Below, in pieces: positions 40,445-41,473 of a stretch of 41,473 nucleotides of DNA. Position 1 is the first letter of the stretch; each line of letters starts with the position of its first letter. The stretch is taken from IMG/VR virus record IMGVR_UViG_3300045988_036724; one strand, written 5' to 3'. The DNA comes from a virus. Both the position numbers and the translations under genes were made by a program. The notes below the pieces were generated by a model that did no database searches, had not been told where the DNA came from, and saw only the letters and a program-made list of their open reading frames with translations.

Positions 40445-40687
40445 ATGAAAAAAGCTATTGTTGGCGTAGCGTCCGTATTGGCAAGCGCTTTGCTGATGGC
40501 CGGATGCAATAAGCAGGTCATCGATTTGACTTATGAATACAACTGGGCACAGCTGAAAATGCCCGACGGAACGATTGTCGAGGGCAATGTCGAAAGCTGG
40601 TGCGACTATGAAGGCGACCAGCTTCAGGTTGTGATTGACGGTGTGACCTATCTGGTTCATTCGTCCAACATTGTTATGCGTCATTGA
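40445..40687 (+). CDS. small lipoprotein
   Basis: AAAGGAGG RBS. MKKAIVGVASVLASALLMAGC lipobox. Confidence 0.7.
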   Translation: MKKAIVGVASVLASALLMAGCNKQVIDLTYEYNWAQLKMPDGTIVEGNVESWCDYEGDQLQVVIDGVTYLVHSSNIVMRH

Positions 40688-40703
40688 TGCAAGGAGGATC
40701 TTT

Positions 40704-41021
40704 ATGAAAACCACGATGCGCGATAAGGTTTGCCAGCTGATTGGCAAGTATCAGTATCTCGAAGACTATTACAAAACGAAAGCGGCCATCAACACACAAA
40801 AGAGCTTCCTCGACGGCGGCTTTATCATCCGGCTTGCAGAGCCGGCGCAGGCGGATATGTGCGGCCAGTTCTTGGCCGATTTGAACAAGCTGCTGGAAGA
40901 GGACGAAGCTGCAGCAGCCCAGGAAGACCCCCGCAAGACCGCCCCGGCTGGCAAGTGGTGCGCGGACTCAGCGGCACAGGCAGCTGAGAGCGCTGCAAAG
41001 GAAGGTTATGAGCATGAGTGA
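40704..41021 (+). CDS. hypothetical protein
   Basis: AAGGAGG RBS. 105 aa. Confidence 0.6.
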   Translation: MKTTMRDKVCQLIGKYQYLEDYYKTKAAINTQKSFLDGGFIIRLAEPAQADMCGQFLADLNKLLEEDEAAAAQEDPRKTAPAGKWCADSAAQAAESAAKEGYEHE

Positions 41022-41473
41022 AAAGATCATCGCATACAAGGCCATGGACAAAAATATGCAGTGCCGTGGCAAGCAGTATGAGGTTGGCAAGACCTACCAC
41101 GAGGACAAGGCGGACTGTTGCAATGCCGGAATGCACGCCTGCGAGAACCCGCTGGATGTGCTGCACTACTACCCGTTGAAAGATGGCTCGCGCTTTTTTG
41201 AGGTCGAGTGCGGCGGGAGCGTGGATAAAAGCGCAGAGGACAGTAAGTTGGCCTGCACTGAGCTGACGGTAAAAGGCGAAGTGAATTTTGCAGGGCTTGT
41301 AAAAGCTACGGTGAATGCCGTTTTTAATCGGGTGAAGGGCAAAGAACCTTTTTCCAGCGGCGATTACAGCACGGCGGGTTCCAGCGGTTATTGCAGCACG
41401 GCGGGTTCCAGCGGCGATTACAGCACGGCGGGTTCCAGCGGCGATTACAGCACGGCGGGTTCCAGCGGCGATT
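41014..41473 (+). CDS. N-terminal part of tandem-repeat protein (runs off the window end; continues at 56..408)
   Basis: ATG 41014 (or 41008). N-domain AYKAMDKNMQCRGKQYEVGKTYHEDKADCCNAGMHACENPLDVLHYY (DUF7666-like by recollection), then 27-nt repeats from 41353. Confidence 0.8.
   Translation, partial: MSEKIIAYKAMDKNMQCRGKQYEVGKTYHEDKADCCNAGMHACENPLDVLHYYPLKDGSRFFEVECGGSVDKSAEDSKLACTELTVKGEVNFAGLVKATVNAVFNRVKGKEPFSSGDYSTAGSSGYCSTAGSSGDYSTAGSSGDYSTAGSSGD

Larger units (their letters stand above)
1..41473. mobile_element. complete temperate siphovirus-like phage genome, circular (excised) form with intact attP
   Basis: Full set of lysogeny, replication, packaging, head, tail and lysis modules. 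Terminal 55-nt identity, with one ORF in frame across the junction. attP core and integrase are adjacent. Confidence 0.85.

Overview
The window appears to be one complete temperate siphovirus-type phage genome in its circular, excised form. The first and last 55 nt are identical, and one ORF reads in frame across that junction. attP is intact. G+C looks like the mid-to-high 50s percent by eye. The gene content resembles Firmicutes/Clostridia-type phages, but that is inference only. Layout, wrapping the ends: a CI/Cro-like switch at 38.4-39.2 kb, then early genes on the + strand (antirepressor, small membrane protein, lipoprotein, tandem-repeat protein). Next comes the recombination/replication module at 1.2-8.4 kb: putative annealing protein, SSB, DnaD-like organizer with internal iterons, G39P-like loader, ASCH, RusA, MT-A70 methylase and a sigma-r4-like late regulator. 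A 1.37-kb mostly non-coding region (8.4-9.8 kb) carries tRNA-Trp, tRNA-Met and an aberrant tRNA-like gene. The SPP1-like packaging/head/tail/lysis operon spans 9.8-29.0 kb and includes tRNA-Thr(UGU) and a canonical -1 frameshift in the tail chaperone. The accessory region spans 29.0-33.7 kb, followed by attP (3' half of a tRNA-Thr(UGU) plus arm repeats). A minus-strand lysogeny block at 33.9-38.8 kb holds the integrase, an HTH protein, a low-GC two-gene operon and CI. The most unusual items are: (i) that low-GC operon, a candidate defence pair; (ii) duplicated operator-promoter-leader cassettes driving very acidic small proteins; (iii) a seven-gene accessory cluster of low-complexity proteins; (iv) a 0.5-kb strand-asymmetric GGCA-rich non-coding block; (v) two head-module cassettes sharing an N-terminal leader and conserved junctions; (vi) a tRNA-like gene with a 68-nt insertion. 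All functional calls come from reading the translations and motifs. No database search was possible.
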